This document shows, piece after piece, positions 14,442 to 28,967 of a stretch of 64,000 nt of DNA (positions are counted from its first letter, which is position 1; each line of letters opens with the position of its first letter). The DNA lies in NCBI GenBank assembly GCA_964016885.1, contig OZ024748.1:45198001-45262000 (forward strand). The letters are read 5' to 3'. The stretch comes from Eledone cirrhosa (Eukaryota). Position numbers and translations under genes: made by a program. A model generated the notes under the pieces. It ran no database searches. It saw only the letters and a program-made list of their open reading frames with translations, and had not been told where the DNA came from.

Positions 14442-15289
14442 CTAAGGTGAAACAATTGTTCTCGGTATGGTGAACTAACTGTTGTGTAACCACTTCTACC
14501 TTACTCGACTGAGTGCTATACCACTACGGATATTACGTTCCAGTGTTCTACCACTATATATATATATGTACGTCAATACTCATCTTTTTCCATTTATCTG
14601 AGGGTTCTAAACCGCATTATCAGGCTAAAGTTCCTTTAGTCAAAAATACGGTGAAAGCTATTCTATTTTCTAATTTCAAACCTGCTCACTGTTTCAAAAC
14701 ATACTTACTTGATATATATATATATATATATATATATTAGTAAAAAGGAAAAGAAAATGCTGACAGATTTTTTCCAGTGAAAAATAGTTTAATTAGGAAT
14801 AAGTATAAATTCGTAATAAGTAATGGTTAGTATTCAGTGTTAGTTGTAAGTTTTTTACCGGTTGCGCATATATATATATGTATGTATACAATCAATTTAC
14901 TATGCCCTTTGTCTTGTTATTTCCGTTTACACGGTAAACAACGAAGTCCACCTATTGTCCTTCTCCGACATAATCTTTTTTCCACAGAAAACCCCCTGTT
15001 GATGGATGTGAGGTCCGAAATATAGGGACTATTAAATTGTTTCCAAGGTAACTCTATCTCGTGTTATTATTTTTTACACTTTTCCTACGTTCGTTTACGC
15101 CCTCTACATCTCTTTCTACGCTTCCTCATACATCTCTCTCTCATTACCACCTGATTCTGTTAATCGGAGATTTACTTATCGGCATTGTTGAGGCTTCCAA
15201 AATGACTATTTTTAATATTTTTAATATTTCACAATGTTTCAAGCAAACTTTAACACACTCTCTCTCTTATATATATATATATGTTATAA

Positions 15290-15930
15290 GGATTCTAATG
15301 CCATGCACCCCCACTCCGACAAAACTGGCAATCTATATCAAATGGAGCGCAGTACTTACCATCAACTGCTACATAATGCTGTAACTAAGGATTACAGGAA
15401 AACTAATCGGAGTGTCATTAATGACATCAACGATGCTGGGTTTAAAATCACATGTGAACTCAACATCCAGGACCGGACTGAACCTCTGGATCCTATTTCT
15501 CCCCACTTTACCCTGAAGGATCACAAACCCAATTTCGCTAACAATCCCTCTATTCGGCTTATTAACCCTACGAAGTCCGATTTATGTAGACTTAGTAAAA
15601 GGATTTAATAGTACCCCATTCGACGTGAGTATGGGTGCCAGCGATTCGGCGGAAGTTACTGATCTTATCGGCCTTTTCCTTCTTTTCTCTAGCAACCAAT
15701 GTGGGCGATCGTTTGTACCGTGATGACGGTCTTTTGACCATGACAAAGTGCGGTCCAAGTGCTTGCGACAGGTTCAGAAAAGAACTCACAGCCTTCTTTA
15801 AAAGCTTCAACCTTTCCATACAGGTTGAGGCCAACCTCTCGGTCGTTAATTACCTCAACGTTACCCTCAATTTGTCGAATGGCTTGCACTACCCGTATAG
15901 AAAGCCGAATGATACACTTAATTACATAAT
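15290..15930 (+). mobile_element. Internally deleted Penelope-like RT fragment (Naiad-like)
   Basis: SDKTGNLY, FTLKDHKPNF..NPSIRLINPTKSDL, FDVSMGASDSAEVTDLIG (shifted frame), LYRDDGL, VNYLNVTLNL..G.HYPYRKPN. Confidence 0.85.
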
Positions 15931-16575
15931 TCACGAATTTATTGGGAATCACCGGTTCTACTTGCTACGTAATTACTGTTATTTTTAGGCAAAATACCAC
16001 TATATTTGTCTTACGAATAACTCCAAAGGGAACGAATGTGGACTCTTCTCCACAATAAGACTCTCTTCCTTTCTTAATTAGCAAAGATTTTAAAATAATT
16101 AATTGAAGAAAATAGTTACTACTGATAATTTTTCTATAGTATTTCCATAATCTATTTTAATTATTTAAAAAGAAATAATTTTTGTAACAAAAACAAAAAC
16201 AAAAAACACAAGTCTCTACAAAAACAAACAAAAACAAAAGATACCAACAACAAAAATTCTTGGCTTTCCAATATCATCGATATTTCCTGTCAGTTAAGTT
16301 TAGTTGTCGTGGCGTAATTGTATTGGTTTCCACTAGGGTAATAAAAAAGGCGGGAAGGACAGTCCACCCAGCCTGATAGTAAGACAGACATATGGATATT
16401 TGCGTCTTATAAGTTTATATATATAGAATGATGTGTATGTGTGTGTATTTGCGTCTGTGTATATGTACGTGTGCGTGTTCGTGTGTAAAACTTGCATGTG
16501 ATTGCTATCCATTGAAGTAGATACACAAAGACACAGGCAAACACACACACACACAGACTCACACACACACGCACA

Positions 16576-16646
<71 letters not shown>

Positions 16647-16891
16647 TATATATATATATAGTTATGTAATAAACAACATAAGGCAATTATTCCATTTACC
16701 AGTGGTTTTCTTAAAAGCAAAAAATGTTTCTTTCAATCATCAGAATGAAAAAATCCTGGTCTGTTTATTGAATTTGGATTTTAAAAACAAAAATGCAATC
16801 TATATGAAAGTGAGGCTGGAGAAGGAAGAAGGAAAGGAAAAATAAAATAAACTAAAAATACACATGCAAACACACACACACACACACAAAT

Positions 16892-17012
<121 letters not shown>

Positions 17013-17177
17013 CACTCATACATACACACACATACACATATATATGTGTATATATATACACACATACTCATACATATACACGTACATACATACACACATA
17101 AATATCAACACATCCATACATACATATACATATATACAACCACACACACTTATATACACACATATATATAGAAATAG

Positions 17178-17217
<40 letters not shown>

Positions 17218-17485
17218 ACACATACACATATATAGCCATACACACATACATATACATACATACATACATACATACATACATACACACAATCATACCTATA
17301 TACACACGTACATACATACACATACATAAATGCATACATATGCATGTACAAAATTAGAAAAATATACACACACCTCTACATATTCACACACGCAAATAAA
17401 TATAAGAAAAAATATATATAAAATAAAATAATAAAAACTATTATTACAGTTGACAGCGATACAGGCAACGAATAATATATATATA

Positions 17486-18040
17486 TTTCGTTTCTGAATT
17501 TGTTTAGCAAGATTCTTTATCTGAAAACGTGTGTTGAAACCGATATTGTTATGCTTTGGGAGGGTCATGTTGCCAATAAGAAACACACGTACCAGTCGCT
17601 TTCACTTCAATTTATTATAAATTAAATTTATAAATTTAGGGATTTATAAATTTCCGGTTGGTTGGTTGGTTCCACAACCAGATGATTGTTCATATATTGT
17701 CAAAGTTCTTTCGTCACACATTCTGTGACCTCTTCAGTGACTGGGGATTCTTTTCTTTGTTTTTTGTGCCTCTCCTTTGTTCTGACCTACGCCATCTTGT
17801 TTTTGTGGTCAACAAAAACAACAAAAACAAGATGGCGTAGGACAGAACAAAGCAGAGGCACAGAATGTGTGACGAAAGAACTTTGACAATATATGAACAA
17901 TCGTCTGGTTGTGGAACCAACCAAACAACCGGAAATTTATAAATTCCTAAATTTATAAATTTAATTTATAATAAATTGAAGTGAAAGCAACTGGTGCGTG
18001 TGTTTCTTATTGCAACATGACCCTCCCAAAGCATAACAAT
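17486..18040. mobile_element. Fold-back PLE terminal-repeat insertion in (TA)n; HHR at 17699-17741 (-)
   Basis: 17543-17728 is the reverse complement of ~17859-18040; inner hairpin 17766-17862; extra tail 17486-17542. HHR GUCA-CUGAAGA-GGUCACA...GUGUGAC-GAAA-GAAC-UU-UGAC. Confidence 0.8.
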
Positions 18041-18061
18041 ATATATATATATATATATATA

Positions 18062-18272
18062 GTTAAAAGAATAGAGGTGTAACACACAAGTTATTATATA
18101 TTGGTAAACGGAATAGAAAATGCTGACAAATTGTTCACAGTTGAAAAATGGTTTAATTAAAAACTTAAAACCACAACTGAATACTAACCCATACAATTAC
18201 TAATACTCTTTTATTCCTAATTAAACCATTTTTCAACTGTGAACAATTTGTCAGCATTTTCTATTCCGTTTA

Positions 18273-18281
<9 letters not shown>
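18062..18281. mobile_element. Short fold-back insertion (arms 18096-18158 / 18219-18281); family also at 14738-14868, 20790-20940, 54811-55000
   Basis: Reverse-complement arms flanked by (TA)n; the tail aaaagaatagaggtgtaacac is on one arm only. Confidence 0.75.
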
Positions 18282-18344
<63 letters not shown>

Positions 18345-18523
18345 CAAAGCACATATACCTACAGATATATAATATTATAAACACACACACACACACACAC
18401 AAACTTATATACAGTACACATAAACGAACGCTTATGTCTAATAACAATAGCACACATACAGATATATATAATACGAAAATCAAAAACACACATATATATA
18501 ACAAGAATAGCACACCCACACTC

Positions 18524-18573
<50 letters not shown>

Positions 18574-18859
18574 AATAGCACATCCCCCCCCCCCACACAT
18601 ATATATATATATATAGTAGCACACATGCACACACACACACACACATACATACACACACGCGTATAATTATATTAGTACAGGATATTGTGGACAATTTAGT
18701 TAAGTGGTATTGTGTTGGAAACAAATCTTATTGAAATGGCCATCCTATTTATACATTACTGGTACATCCCTTTTTGGTTACCGGCGGGATTTGAACTCAC
18801 AATTGTGAGGTGTTTAATCAATAATAAGGGTGATAAAAGTTCCTACCGTTGTTGCATTG

Positions 18860-19066
18860 GTGGATTGGCAGTAAGGGCGGTGGATTGGCAGTATCGTTAG
18901 AAGATCGGACGCCATGTTTTGCAGCATGGAGTTACGGGCCTTTACAATCTGAGTTCAAATCCCGTGGAGGTTAACTTTACCTTTAATCCTTACAGAGTCG
19001 ATAAAATAAAGTACCAGTAATGCACTGGTATAATTGCTGGCCTTGTGCCAAAAGTAGAAACAATTA
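18860..19066 (+). mobile_element. tRNA-derived SINE
   Basis: gggcggtggattggcagtatcg...gagttcaaatccc...ggccttgtgccaaaagtagaaacaatt. Confidence 0.9.
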
Positions 19067-19092
19067 TATTTCAAAATTACCGAATGTTAGAA

Positions 19093-19428
19093 TGAGGGCC
19101 GGTTGAAAAGTTCACAGGCTGAGCAAGATACTCTCGTGGAATTACCAAATGAGATTTATTTTTCAATATAGTCCCTGGAAAGAAACAATGCAGTTATTAA
19201 TAAGATAAATTGAAATTAATGCATGCAAGAGTTCACAGCTCTAGCATCACTCCTTAATAGGCTGACCAAGATATTCTCATGGTATGACCAAATAAGGTTT
19301 ATTTTTCAACATAGTCCTTGGAAAGAAACAATGCAGTTATTATTAAGATTAGTTGGAATTAATGCATGCAAGATTTCACAGCTCTAGCACCAAACACTCC
19401 AGCATAAGAACTTTTCAGCCGATCCTCG
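19093..19428. mobile_element. Mariner-like MITE with an internal ~140-bp tandem duplication
   Basis: TIRs tgagggccggttgaaaagttc / gaacttttcagccgatcctcg(ta); 19117-19250 is repeated at 19259-19390. Confidence 0.75.
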
Positions 19429-19699
19429 TATAGAGTACCAGTTATGTAACCAACTTTGCCACCCTTCCCCTCAAATTTGCTGGCCTTGTTCCTAAATTAG
19501 AAACCAATATTACTTGAGTGAAGATAATAAGGAGTGATGTTTATTTAATCAACTATACCCTCCACAGAAAATTTCGGCTGTGTTCAGACCTGGAGCGGGC
19601 TGGGTTCCGCTTGGTTTAAAAGTGTACTAGATAGGCCCTTTGACGGTGCCTCTACGACTCCACAAGGAGTTATGGGACATTTTAACCCTATCTATATAT

Positions 19700-19812
19700 G
19701 AAGTCGCACGGCTTAGTAATTAGAGCATCGGGCTTGCAATCATGAGGTTGAGAGTTCGATTTTCGGATCGGGCTTTGCGTCATGGTCTTGAGCAAGACAC
19801 TTTATTTCACAT
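19700..19812 (+). mobile_element. Second tRNA-derived SINE family, 5' part (related minus-strand fragment at ~54660-54760)
   Basis: A-box-like ggcttagtaatt, B-box-like gagttcgatt, then cttgagcaagacactttatttcac. Confidence 0.6.
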
Positions 19813-20204
19813 TGTTTGAACATCTCTTGAACAAGTCTTTAAGCTTTAAGACGTTGCCAGCCTCTCCCTATATGGCCAGCTGTGAAACTCCTGTCTACAG
19901 CAAGAGCTGAACGAAAATTAATTAATCAACAACTGCTGTTTCAACAGATTTCTTTCAGAATTAATTACAAATTTATGAAAATACGGACATATATAAAAAT
20001 TATTAACAAAATTAACAATTAATAAAATTAACAACAAATTTGACAACAAAAACTAGTAACTAAAGTAACAAAAAAATTAACAAAACTAACAACAATGAAA
20101 TAAAAAATACACCAAATAATAACAAGAAAAAATAGAAATGGAAAAAATAAAGAACAAAACCAGAGCAGAAATAAACACATTTAAATAATGAATGAAAGCA
20201 TGTT

Positions 20205-20312
20205 TAGGAAGAAGGGGAAGAAGGAGAAGAAGGAGAGGGAGAAAAAGAAGAGAGAGAGGAAGAAGAAAAAGAAGAAGTGGAAGAAGAAGAAGAGGAAGAA
20301 GAAGAAGAGGAA

Positions 20313-20347
<35 letters not shown>

Positions 20348-20373
20348 CGAAGGAAGAGGAGAAGAAGAAAAAG
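20205..20373. repeat. (GAA)n-rich purine tract
   Basis: Read directly. Confidence 0.95.
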
Positions 20374-20591
20374 ATGTATGCCCACTCACTTGAAAAAACA
20401 AAACAAACTAATAAAGAAAGACACATAAAAATATGAAATAAAAGAACTCTTCATCCAAAAAGATTAAAAAGTGTGTGAAAGAAATTAGTTCCGCCATTGA
20501 AAATTGTAATAAATAGAAAGATTTCAAGAACCAATATGGAAATAGGGAAGATAAAGTAAAAACAATACATGTACGTATATATGTATGTATG

Positions 20592-20634
<43 letters not shown>

Positions 20635-20676
20635 CGAAACATAATTCAATTGTATGAACTCATAATCCTTTATTTA

Positions 20677-20730
20677 CTGCTATATATATTTCGATGATAG
20701 CCATTGAATGGCTATGACCTCATCAGGCAG
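20677..20730 (-). ncRNA. Type I hammerhead ribozyme (relative of the 12930 family)
   Basis: CUGC-CUGAUGA-GGUCAUAGCCA-UUCAA-UGGCUAUCAUC-GAAA-UAUAUA-UA-GCAG. Stem II covaries with 12930 (CAGCC/GGCUG versus UAGCC/GGCUA). Confidence 0.82.
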
Positions 20731-20933
20731 TTAGTCAGTTCTTAGATATGCCAGCTCTGTGTTTATAGTGTTGATGGTATCAGGAAAAGCATTTAGAAAT
20801 GCGCAACCGGTAAAAACTTAAAAACTTAAAACCACAACTGAATACTAACCCATACAATCACTAATACTCTTTTATTCCTAATTAAACCATTTTTCAACTG
20901 TGAACAATTTGTCAGCATTTTCTATTCCGTTTA

Positions 20934-20964
<31 letters not shown>

Positions 20965-21026
20965 TACAGCCAATATTGGAATTGAACCATCAGCACAGTT
21001 GAGGTATGTCATACATCAATTCATCT

Positions 21027-21090
21027 ATTTTATCTGACGAGGACGTACTGAAAAAACAGCACAGTACCTTCGAAATATGTATAATAAAAT
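21027..21090 (+). ncRNA. Type I hammerhead ribozyme
   Basis: AUUUUAU-CUGACGA-GGACGUACUG...CAGUACCUUC-GAAA-UAUGUA-UA-AUAAAAU. Confidence 0.75.
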
Positions 21091-21231
21091 ATATATTTTG
21101 ATTATATGAATGTCTTCATTTATTAATATTCTGAATAATATTACTAACTTCAGAAAACTCCTTATAGAGTGCTTTTAATCTATTGTAAAACTATATTCAT
21201 TGAGTAATCAATGAAACATATTAATCTTTGG

Positions 21232-21572
<341 letters not shown>

Positions 21573-21598
21573 AATATACATATATTATATATATATAT

Positions 21599-21687
<89 letters not shown>

Positions 21688-21700
21688 AATATATATATAT

Positions 21701-21734
<34 letters not shown>

Positions 21735-21749
21735 ATTATATATATATAT

Positions 21750-21805
<56 letters not shown>

Positions 21806-21827
21806 AATATATATATATTATATATAA

Positions 21828-21894
<67 letters not shown>

Positions 21895-21977
21895 AAGAAA
21901 TAGAGAGTATTAATCAGTATACAAGGGAGAAGAAGGACTGTGTAGCGGATGACAATATAAAATTTAAATTGAACGGC

Positions 21978-22125
21978 AGCACTCACCACCATAGGGACTG
22001 AGCTGGTCGGCCGCATGTGTGAGCATCGCGAGCTGGAATGGCTTTTCCAGCGCTTCTACCTTGCCGTCCCCCGGAGAAACGCCTTCTTCATTCTGTCCGC
22101 CGGGGCTGTAGGGAGGCCACCGATA
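21978..22125 (+). mobile_element. Fragment of a restriction-like-endonuclease (CRE/R2-type) LINE C-terminus
   Basis: Translates LTTIGTELVGRMCEHRELEWLFQRFYLAVPRRNAFFILSAG, homologous to 22652-22895. Confidence 0.7.
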
Positions 22126-22354
22126 TGATTGACTGACTTGTCATTTTATCAGTCAGATACTCACTCATCCACTCTTCACCCCAATCCCACTACCTATAGT
22201 AAAACGCCGCAGACTTTCTTGTAGAAAACAAACAAACGTTTCCGTCCGTCAGCTACTCCCAGCAGGTGAACTCTCTCGTGGGTGGAGCTGAGAGGAAGAA
22301 AACCTTTTCTGTGGACTCAGTTATAGCGGTAGGTCCCCAAACAGGCCAGTGTTA

Positions 22355-22455
22355 TCACTTAACTTTGCCTTTCATCCTTACGGGGTCGATAAAATAAAGT
22401 ACCAGTAATGTACTGGATAATTGCTGGCCTTGTGCCTAAAATAGAAACAGTTATC
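22355..22455 (+). mobile_element. 5'-truncated SINE
   Basis: ttaactttgcctttcatccttacggggtcgataaaataaagtaccag...gaaacagtt. Confidence 0.85.
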
Positions 22456-22651
22456 ACTTATACATATTTATTGGTTTAGGTATTATCGGTTGTGAGAAGG
22501 AGTTCTCTATACTATAGTAGAGATTAATAGTTTTAAGGTCGAGTTAGAAGCTATCGTGTTAAATTCAAAATACTTTACTATGTCTAGCTATACTATAATA
22601 CAAGTGGTGTGTATATAAAAACCATTAATCTGGATACCTAAATATGGAATG

Positions 22652-22895
22652 TTACGTGATGCCCCCAGCCCCGGCGGACAGGATGGAGAAGGCGTTCCCA
22701 CGGAGGACGACAAGGGAGACGCGCTGGAAAAGCCACTCCAACTCGCGGGGTTCACACCGTCGGCTGGCCAGCTCGGCCCCTATGGTAGTGAGTAGGGAGG
22801 TAGCCCTGGGGTCGAGGACACCAGAAGTCTCCAATGCCAAGGGTACAAGCGCAAACCTGTCGGAGCGCGACCGGTATTTGAGGAGCTTGGCCAGT
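22652..22895 (-). mobile_element. Fragment of a restriction-like-endonuclease (CRE/R2-type) LINE C-terminus
   Basis: KLLKY...FALVPLALETSG...LFQRVSLVVLRGNAFSIL matches the KY..F.P.A.ET.G...QR.S...RGNA pattern of RLE domains. Confidence 0.75.
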
Positions 22896-23040
22896 TGCTG
22901 TACAGAAATTGGGGGAAAAAATGAAGAATCAATTCCTCTCGTTACTATCTTCAATATACACTTCACAGGGCTCTACAAAGCCACAACATGGTCGATAGTT
23001 TCGCCGAAGTTTGATGTGATGATCATGTCTGGACATAATA

Positions 23041-23220
23041 ATTGTTATTACTTTTGGCACAAGGCCAGCAATTATCCAGTACATTACTGGTACTTTATTT
23101 TATCGACCCCGTATGGATGAAAGTCAAAGTTAACCTCGGCGGGATTTGAACTCAGATCGTAAAGGGAGGTAACTATGCTGGAAAACATGGCGTCCGACCC
23201 TCTACCGACACTGCTAATTC
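23041..23220 (-). mobile_element. tRNA-derived SINE
   Basis: Same family; TSD cataataat. Confidence 0.9.
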
Positions 23221-23419
23221 CATAATAATAATAAATAAAAAATTTAGAAATATATACGAAGTGTCCTCCAAAAATGTTTACACCTTTTGATTACCTGTGC
23301 AGGCAATATTTATTAGAATGCTGTTGAAGTGTGTATACATTTTATGGCGACATTATCTATATGTCCTTCATTTCCTTTCAAGAAATTTTGAGTAATGGCT
23401 GAACTAAGAGATGAAACTA

Positions 23420-24001
23420 ACAAAAATAAAAATAAAAATAAAAATAAAAATAAAAATAAAAATAAAAATAAAAATAAAAATAAAAATAAAAATAAAAATA
23501 AAAATAAAAATAAAAATAAAAATAAAAAAAACAAACTAATTTTAAACAACAATATAATGGTTTTAGTTGTTGTTGATGGCGATGTTGATGATGTTGTTTG
23601 TATTGTTGTGATTGTCACACTCGTTGTTGTTGTGATTGTCACACTTGTTGTTGTTGTTGTGGTTGTCACAGTTGTTGTTGTTGTTGTGATTGTCACAGTT
23701 GCTGTTGTTGTTGTTGTTGTTGTTGTTGTGATTGTCACAGTTGTTGTTGTTGTTGTGATTGTCACCGTAGTTGTTGTTGTTTTTGTTGTGATTTTCACAG
23801 TTGTTGTTGTTGTCATGATTGTCACAGTTGTTGTTGCTGTTGTTTAAGTTCCTTTTGTCATCCTCCTGTTGTCCGTCTCCCCAGTCAGCCATTATTGGGG
23901 ACATTAAGTTAATTTTAATTAGTCCTGACAAGCCATCTATAGAGAGCCTGATTCCCTCATGTCTGGGTATGTCTCAATTGAAAATACTACTACTACTACT
24001 G

Positions 24002-24036
<35 letters not shown>

Positions 24037-24062
24037 GATGATGATGATGATGATGATGATGA

Positions 24063-24109
<47 letters not shown>

Positions 24110-24110
24110 A
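23420..24110. repeat. Simple-repeat cluster: (AAAAAT)n, (GTT)n with gtgattgtcaca units, (CTA)n-(GAT)n-(CTA)n
   Basis: Read directly. Confidence 0.93.
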
Positions 24111-25104
24111 TTTTTAATTTAAGCACAAATGTCAGAATTTTCTTTTGGTTAGGTGGGGGGGGGGTAGAGTTTAGTCTGTTATATCCACCCCCAGAACGTA
24201 ACTGGTACATTATTTCCTCGGCCTCAGATTTCAGGAACCTAAATAGCCGTAGTAACTAAATACAAATCAACCGTCCTTTTTTATTCTGGGCGGGGTAGGG
24301 GGGGGGGGATTTTGTCGTTCCCAGAACTAGGACTAAATACTAAATCATGGTATAATACTAATTATAAGGGGGTAATTAAATTAAATACAAAGAAAAAAAG
24401 CGAAAAAACAAAAATAAAATAAAATAAAATAAAATATAAACAAAAACAAACAAACAAAAAACAACAATAAAATAAAATAAAATAAAATATAAAGAAAAAA
24501 ATCAAAAAGCAAAAACAAAAATAAAATAAAATAAAATAAAATCCAAACAGATAAAATAAACAAAAAAAGAAGAAGAAAAGTGATTCTTTTCTAGAATATG
24601 GTAATTAAATATGATATCTGGCAGAATGGAATATATTTGATATTACCCCACCTTTCGTTATATTGAATAATATTCTTTATATTGAATAATATTCTTTTAT
24701 TCAATAATATTCTTTTATTCAATAATATTCTTTTATTCGTTACCAATTCTATAATAAGTGCCATTACAGATCGTTAAATATCATCTGTAGAGCTAAAAAT
24801 GTATTTTAAAATGTATTGAAAATGAGACATTTCCATTGAAATCTGTGTATTGAAACCGAAATATTGTGCATTCAAGGATGAATATTACCACAGCTCTAGT
24901 ATTGGTGTTTAATTGACAATCTGTAAATGTTCAATAGTTTCTATGCCTTGTATAGGCTCAGAAATAGCTTTGAGGTAAAGAGGTTACCAGCTTAGCATTC
25001 ACATAGTTGTATGTTCGATCTTGTTTCGTGGAATCTCGTGGAATACGTGATATGATAAATATATAACGTGGTCTTTTAATCATCTGAAATTGGAACCGGA
25101 ATCA

Positions 25105-25297
25105 TGGTTTCTGGTTTAGGCACAAGGTCAAGGGGAGGTGGAAGTCAACTACATCGACCTCAGTGTATCACTGGTACTTTATTTTATAGACCCCGTAAGT
25201 ATTGGGCGGAATTTGAACTGAGATCTTAAATGGACGTAACTCTATCCTGCAAAGCATAGTGTTCAACCCTCTACCGATACTGCCAATCCACCTCCCT
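25105..25297 (-). mobile_element. Diverged tRNA-derived SINE
   Basis: ggtactttattttatagaccccgtaag...gaatttgaactgag...ctaccgatactgccaatccac. Confidence 0.8.
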
Positions 25298-25652
25298 TGT
25301 AACCGGAATAAAAAAAATTATTATTACAAGTAAAATGTAAATCTCTCCTACTTGTTTGTAGTTAAGCGGAATTAACCATATTGGATTTGGTGGGCCAGAG
25401 AGAATAAATTTAATTAGCATAAACAAAAATGACTTTTAATTGGGTCAAAAGGAAAAAAAAAAACTCTCCAAAATTTTAATAGGTAGAAGATGAAAGTAAA
25501 TTATGCTCTGGGTGGTGAAAGTGATCTTCGGCCATGTTGTCAACTTTAGACATGTTTCTATCTGACATGGTCACCTCAGCGAAGCAATGTCAACACAAAG
25601 GTACCTTACCAGAGAATGAAATGGGAAATGTTTTCTAATCATAGTGATCAGC

Positions 25653-25904
25653 CAAAGCTTTGTGAGTAAAAGTTGGTAGACGGAAAGTGTGTGAAAGTCC
25701 GTCGAAAGATACCCTCAAAGCTTTGTGAGTAAAAGTTGGTAGACAGAAAGTGTGTGAAAGTCCGTCGAAGGATACCCTCAAAGCTTTGTGAGTAAAAGTT
25801 GGTAGACGGAAAGTGTGTGAAAGTCCGTCGAAGGATACCCTCAAAGCTTTGTGAGTAAAAGTTGGTAGATGGAAAGTGTGTGAAAGTCCGTCGAAGGATA
25901 CCCT
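25653..25904. repeat. 63-bp tandem repeat, 4 near-identical copies
   Basis: Unit caaagctttgtgagtaaaagttggtagacggaaagtgtgtgaaagtccgtcgaaggataccct. Confidence 0.95.
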
Positions 25905-26829
25905 TCCTTTTTTCTTCCAACCAGTCTCAGAGAACCTTAAGAGAACCATAGGCATTTTCTTTCCTGACCAAGCAATAAAATGTTTATCACGAGCGGGTTT
26001 AACCCTTTCATTACCATATTTCTAATGAAAGACATCTTTTGATGTTCAAATAACTTTGAAAACATTCAAGGATCTAGACAGTAATATAACTAATGTCCTC
26101 AATGTATTAAGTTAGACATGGCCTGGGCCAATACTGACCGAAACCTACCAAAGTTATCAAAGTTATCAAGCTGGTGTTTAGACAGTTTGGTTACTTTGTG
26201 TTCGGACCTGGTGTAAATGTATCTATTTCACGGACACACACTCACACTGAAGCACATAAAAAAACTTAAGTTTAAAGAAAAAAAGGATTCTGTTCCAATA
26301 TAAGTTAGATTATACACCACGCACGTCTACAACTAGGATACGAACTCAGAATTCCTTTCCGTTCTGCTATATATAATTTAAATTGTTTATACAGACACTG
26401 TTAGAAAAAGAAGTTTCCGTTACACTTTCAACCCGTATAAATAGCATCCAACACGATGAGATACATGTTGTAATTTAGTAAAACATTAATATAATGTGGA
26501 ACAGGATTACATTTCGTTTGCTGGAGAAGGTTATTATTTTTGGTTATAATGGCGTATGATAGTGAAAACCTGGATGTGTTATTTAAAGTTTAATGGAAAT
26601 ATTGGGCGAAAACTATTGATATCAAGCATTAAGTTTCTTCTTATAAACATTCCAATTTTGACCAGATATTGACAGGAAAATTATCAACGAAATATTAATA
26701 TCAAATCACAGCTATCGCAAATACACATTCATGTAGATATATAAGTATATATATATATGTATATATAGTATGGTATGGTATATCCATATCTATATCTATA
26801 TCTAAATCTATATATCTATATCTATTTCT

Positions 26830-26896
<67 letters not shown>

Positions 26897-26914
26897 ACTA
26901 TCTATATATATGCA

Positions 26915-26975
<61 letters not shown>

Positions 26976-26976
26976 C

Positions 26977-27007
<31 letters not shown>

Positions 27008-27050
27008 CTAGTAAAACGATATGATTGCATATACGTCTTCTTGTGTAAGG

Positions 27051-27136
<86 letters not shown>

Positions 27137-27513
27137 TATGTATATATATATATTTATGTATGTGTGTGTGTCTGTGTATGTATATATATATATATGGACC
27201 CACACGCACACAGAAACACACACATACATATATATATTCATACACACACGAATATATAAACTGACACACAATTATAGTAAGACATACATATACATAGACA
27301 CATCTACACATCTACATATCTACACGAAAACCATTATATACGTGTGTATATAATAATGCAATATTTCGTCTGTTTTCAACGGATGTATATAATATCTAGA
27401 ATTTTATATTTAATGTGTATATTTCATAATTCAAGATTTAAAATTTATGGCTTCTCTGTTTTTACACAACTTTTGCACAATTACCCACGATATCATCTTA
27501 TTGTATGGTTTTC

Positions 27514-27557
<44 letters not shown>

Positions 27558-27685
27558 CTTCTTCTTCTTCTTCTTCTTCTTCTTCTTCTTCTTCTTCTTC
27601 TTCTTCTTCTTCTTCTTCTTCTTCTTCTTCTTCTTCTTCTTCTTCTTCTTCTTCTTCTTCTTCTTCTTCTTCTTCTTCTTCTTCA
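27514..27685. repeat. (GTT)n-(CTT)n compound microsatellite
   Basis: Read directly. Confidence 0.97.
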
Positions 27686-27915
27686 TCCTTTCCAATCGAA
27701 TTAGCAGTGGAATAAAAAAAACTATTTCTTATATACACAACCTCAAATTGTTAACATTTCTTGAACATTTTTTCAATCTTATAACTTTGAGTAAATTTTG
27801 TTGGTTATTTTAAGACTCATAGAAAATTTCGCACCTATTTTTTTCTAAGTACTTTTGTTTTGCATGATTGCATTCAAATATTTTTGTGTGTTTTGTTGTC
27901 GTTGTCGTCGTCGTC

Positions 27916-27969
<54 letters not shown>

Positions 27970-28106
27970 AACCAACACACATAACAACAACAACAACAAC
28001 AACAAAAGGTTCGCTCTGTGACGTCACTATATTTCCATCCACTTTTAGATAACCAATAAATAAATAAACATTCCGGCGCACACACAATATATATATATAC
28101 ATATAC

Positions 28107-28188
<82 letters not shown>

Positions 28189-28329
28189 GTATATACATAT
28201 ATATGTATATATATATATATATTTATATGTATATATACATATAGATATATATATATATACGTACATATATGTATGTATATATACACATGTATATACATAT
28301 ATATATATATATACACATGTATATACATA

Positions 28330-28403
<74 letters not shown>

Positions 28404-28460
28404 CATATGTATATATATATATATATACATACATATGTATATATATATATATATATATGT

Positions 28461-28549
<89 letters not shown>

Positions 28550-28967
28550 CGGGCGTGTGGTGTGTGTGTGGGAATCAATAATAATTGTCTATATTGAGGA
28601 AGTCTAAAAGAAATATCTTTTATTTAGATTTTTGCTCAAACTCATCTTCAATTTTCTGCTTGGCAGAAGAACAACCCAACCTGACGCCATTTTAAGTGTG
28701 CTTTCTAATAATTTATTTCAAAATCTTCATCATATAAATTAGGCACATGGACGAGCGTGTGGTTAAGATGTTTGCTATAAACATATCATTTAGGTTAGTA
28801 TCAATAAATTAGTTATAATATATACTTAACACATATTATAAGGAGCATTTTAACTACATGTAGCACTACTATGCATTTGACAAATATACGACGGTCGGCC
28901 GAAAGGTTCATAAGCTGTATATATAATATGTATATATAATATGTATATATACATAAAATATATATAT

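Noticed and set aside
25653-25904. CRISPR-like array
   Set aside because: Units are contiguous with no unique spacers, there are no cas genes, and the context is eukaryotic.
26380-26640. Possible host exons
   Set aside because: AG/GT sites are present but the frames close quickly and no protein is recognisable.
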